Assembly (NCBI GenBank): GCA_043228905.1
Contig: JBHGNT010000002.1
Location: 24,056,001-24,120,000, forward strand
From: Azolla caroliniana
Taxonomy: Eukaryota > Plantae > Polypodiophyta
Direction: 5' to 3'
DNA: 64,000 nt
Shown here: positions 59,951 through 64,000 of the stretch, piece after piece
Layout of the letters: each line of letters starts with the position of its first letter
Numbering within the stretch: position 1 is the stretch's first letter
The notes under the pieces: generated by a model
What the model was told of the DNA's origin: nothing
Database searches by the model: none
What the model saw: only the letters and a program-made list of their open reading frames with translations
Position numbers and translations under genes: made by a program

Positions 59951-61034
59951 GCGTAATGCGGAATCCAGATGTGGTAGAACGTGCACACCCCTAGGAAATT
60001 CCGAACCTCCGTGACCGATTTGCACTCTTCCTTCATTGCGGAGATGGCTTCCAGTTTTGCGGGAGACGGTTTCCGGTCGTACGGCCCGCATAAGTGCCCG
60101 ACCACCAAGATTTTGGATAAATCCCGAAAGCCAACTTCTCTCTAGAGAAGGTGAGTCGCGCGCTCTCAAGCCTCTATAACACTCTCTCGCAGTCCTTGAT
60201 GTGGTCCGCCACGAACCTTCGGCATCCGTCCGGCTCGACCGATTCATCCTTATTTTCCACCGGACATCCCTTGATCGGGATGTCGTCCAAGAATAGCATG
60301 GTGAAGGATGTAGTCCCTCAACACCTTGTTCATTGCGTTCACCATGTGTGCCACCTAGTTGGTCCCTCCTTGCGGCAGAGTACACATCCGCACTAAGCCG
60401 AGAGGAGTCCGCATTGTCATAATATCCCTTCTGTCTATAGCCAGTTGGAATTGGTCGTATCCTGAATACAGATCGCCAACCGAATAGATCGACCTCCTAG
60501 CGAAGGCCTCTACAAACTATAACCTGATTCCTGCGTTTCGTATGGTCACTTTATTGACTGGCTGCAGGTCTTGAATGAAGTGCAACATGTCGTTATTCTT
60601 CGGTACCGTAAAACACCGATTTGAATATGGGGCACTCGACGGTTCGAGGATGCCCATCTCCATCTTCGGCTTCAGTAGCTCCATCATCTTCGGGATTTTA
60701 GCTCTGGGTACCGGAATCGGCTTGAGGTTCCATGACACATGTGGTACCATGAAGATAACCATTCTACGATCGTCAGGTCCATGGACCCGATCTCCTTCGA
60801 TGAGAATGCGAAGGCCTTCCCGTGCCTCCCAAGCACCCTTCAGAACCGGTCCTCCTCCGTCGGCAGTAGGAAGCCACCCCCACCGATCTTTAGCTCCCAC
60901 AGCGTCTCGTCGGTGAACCGGTGCCCTATACCGGCCGGATTCCGCAAACTTGGTTCTGACGCGACCTCTTTCCTCTGCTCCTCGCCGCCCTCCAGAAAGG
61001 GAGCCACGACTGGGCTCACCTTCCGGTCCATAGT
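59951..61034 (-). pseudogene. Gypsy RT remnant (probably upstream part of element Z)
   Basis: DRKVSPV, WNLKPIPVPRA, FIQDLQPVNKVT, FLGVCTFYHIWIPHYA. Confidence 0.85.
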
Positions 61035-61364
61035 TGTTGAGCGGCAAGCTCAACCGGAGCCGGATCGGCTGAATAAGCCGGAGCCGGTAAGCGAGACGGA
61101 TCGGGTGAAACGGATCGGTATGACGGTGAGCAACCGAACCGGCAAACAGTGGAGGCCAGGTGCAATCCGTAACCGGTAGTTCAATCGAAAGCCTAGAATA
61201 AGATAGACTACTAGGTATCTATAGTCTCGTAGTAAGTGTCAGATGCTCGTGTGAGCATTGAAGTACATGGTACTTCTGTCAGTCCCAAGAGGACTTGTAT
61301 AAATAGTGCTACTTAGCAGAGTGTGTATAAGTAGAGTCTTGATATAATTTTGAAATTACGTTCT

Positions 61365-61404
<40 letters not shown>

Positions 61405-64000
61405 TGTTGTTCTCTGTTTTACGCTTCCGCAAACACTTACGTTTACATGGTATCAGAGCGCGAGGGTTGAGAACCTCTGCTGCAAACATTTACTCTTGAG
61501 AAGAAAACCCTAACAAGTCGAAAACAGACACAGTAGAAGACATGGATAGAGGCATGGCTACGTCGCTTCCGGTGGAAAAGCTCGACAGGAGCAACTATGC
61601 ATCCTGGTCTTACAAGATGCACCAGTACCTGCTTGGACACGGGTACTAGAGTTATGTCGAAGGAGTGAATGATGCGGCGCCAGACTCGGCACACAAGGAC
61701 TTCCCGGTATGGGAACAGGCGGCAAGCAGGGTGATGTACTGCTTCGCATCCAGTGTCGGCGATCAGCTGCTCAGCCACATTCGTGACGCCAAGACACCGA
61801 AGGATGCTTGGGGGAACCTGAAAAAGGTTTTCGCCGCAAGCACCACTGCTCGGAAGCTGCAACTCAGACAAGAGTTGAGCAATGTTCGACAGAAGAACAT
61901 GTCTGTGGCAGACTACACGGGACGGATAAAGGAGATTTGCGACTCACTCGCCTCTATCGATGTTACCGTAGAGGAAGACGAGATGGTGCAGGTATGTCTC
62001 GGAGGCCTGGCGTCCAAGTTCGGAGCGTTCCGGACTGCGGTGTGTACAAGGGAGAATACCCCCTCATTCTTCGACTTACAATCGATGCTCCTTGTAGAGG
62101 AGAACCACGCCGGTGCATCTACCAGTGCATCCCCGGACAGCCGAATGATGTACACGGTAACGAATCGGCACTGTGGGCGTGGTGGAAGAGGTGGGTCGGC
62201 ACGCAATGGAGGCGGCCGGCAAGAGCAGGAACGGAGGCACTATGAGTGTGCCGACAACAGTTCCGGGACTTCCTCAAGCAGGGGGAGTCAAGGCGGTGCC
62301 GGAGGCCGGCAAGACAAATCCGCTACGAAATGCTGGTACTATGGCAGAAAAGGCCACAGGGAAAGCGAGTGCTGGAGAAAGCATGCCGATTCGGACAAAT
62401 CCGGATCCGGCAAGACCGGTAAGGATGGCCGGCAAAACTCACACTACGCAAACGGATCAGGAGGATTCGGAACCGGAAAGGCCGGTAAGGGGCCAGCCTT
62501 GGTGATGAATCACAAGGCAAACTCAATGAAGAAGACCACTTCCAAAACGGAGGAAGTGTGGTATGTTGATTCCGGCGCGTCGAACCACATGACGAGCCAC
62601 AAAGAGTGGTTCTCCTTTCTGGAGAGACCGGATCAACCAGGAGTAGTCGAAACCGGAGACGACACTCCTCACCCAATCGTGCATGTCGGAGAAGTCCCTC
62701 TAAGCCACGTAGGACAGAAAGGGAAGCTGATGAACGTGTTACACGTTCCGACGATCACGAAGAACCTGGTGTCCGTCGGTCAGATTGTCGACCAGGGGAT
62801 GCAGGTGCGGTTTACGTACATCGAGTGCTTCATTGAGGATGAGGGCGAAGTCATTGCGCAAGGGCGCAGAGACGGGAGGATGTTTATCCTCGATACCAAT
62901 GACTTTGGCACCGCTCTGTTCGCGAAACGACAGAAGGTCGAGTCGGACATCGACCTGTGGCACAAGCGGATAGGCCACGTCAACTACCGGAGGCTTAAAG
63001 ATCTGCAAACGAAACAAGTCGTTTTCGGTTTGCCGAAGTTCAGCGGCCGGAGAGCCGAAATTTGTGAAGCCTGCCAACTTGGGAAGCAACACCGGCTTCC
63101 ATTCCCCACCGAACGGAACCGGAGCCGTAACAAGCTCGATCTCATCCATTTGGATGTGTGGGGACCGGCACAAAGTGTAAGCCTTGGCGGGAGCCGATAC
63201 TTCGTCTCCTTCATCGACGACTATACTCGGCATACTTGGATCTACCTCATTGAGCGGAAGAGCGAAGTCTTCGACTGTTTCTGGAGCCTCCAAAAGATGG
63301 TGGAACGGGAATCAGAGAGGAAGATCAAATGCCTTCGGTCGGATGGCGGAAAGGAATATTTTTCCGGCCAATTCACTCGTTATCTGTAGCAGAAGGGAAT
63401 TCGGCGAGAGTTCAGCTGTAGATACACATCGGAGCAAAACGGTGTGGCCAAAAGGAAGAACCGGACACTCGTTGAAGCGGCAAGGGCAATGCTGGAGGAA
63501 AAGATCATGCCCCGGTTCTACTAGGCGGAGGCGGTCCAGACGGCCGTCTACATACAAAACCGCATCGGTGACAAGGTGTCAGCTCATGAGCTGTATTTCG
63601 GGCGCAAGCCAAACTTGAGACACCTTCGGATATTCAACAGCATAGCATATGTGCATGTGCCGGATCAGAAGCGGAGAAAGCTGGATGCAAAATCGGAAAA
63701 ATGCATCCTAGTCGGCTATGCTCAAGAGCAAAAGGGGTATAAGTGCTATAACCCCCGGACGAAGGAAGTCCGAGTTAGCCGGGATGTCGAGTTCGATGAA
63801 TCGGCATCCTGGTATTCCGTACCCACTCCGACTTCCGATCCCGACCCAATGCCGGAAGATCAGGCCAGTGAGCCTGAATCAGCCCTAGCAGAGGATGATG
63901 AAGCCGGGACTCAAGATGAGAGTCCGGAATCGTTTCGGTTGAGTGGACTGAACGAGCGACTGAGTCGGTTAGACCAGTCGGATGAAGAGACGGCAAGTGG
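61035..64000 (+). mobile_element. Ty1/Copia element 2 (5' LTR 61035-61447, PBS-Met 61448-61459, gag-PR-IN), runs off window
   Basis: LTR TGTTGAGCGGCAAGCTC...TTTACA is related to the LTR at 51377; ATG at 61542; WYVDSGAS, DLWHKRIGH, CEACQLGK, RSDGG; stops at 61647 and 63387. Confidence 0.95.

Overview
Eukaryotic nuclear DNA, most likely from a seed-free land plant (inferred from a secretory-type polyphenol oxidase, a plant tRNA-Trp/Met primer set and telo-box motifs). It holds one intact host gene, an intronless PPO (12881-14512, minus), in a field of transposon debris. The left end (968-8540) looks like a large two-gene DNA transposon: a decayed DFxENY/SDG/HGKGxxDG (Sola2-like) transposase faces a spliced cargo gene encoding a RING-H2 finger, Cys/Thr repeats and an FCP1-like pseudophosphatase, with palindrome and telomere-like arrays in its introns. 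From 17.7 kb to the end is a deep nest of tRNA-Trp-primed Ty3/Gypsy elements (RT motif FLDD). The nest includes a recent LTR-int-LTR-int-LTR dimer, a solo LTR, a 3.8-kb non-autonomous TIR element with an internal foldback and tRNA-like repeats, and two Ty1/Copia copies. The strongest new-looking signal is a conserved G_GAU_UUU slippery site plus H-type pseudoknot placed after the protease in three divergent Gypsy subfamilies. All calls were made by eye, with no database searches.
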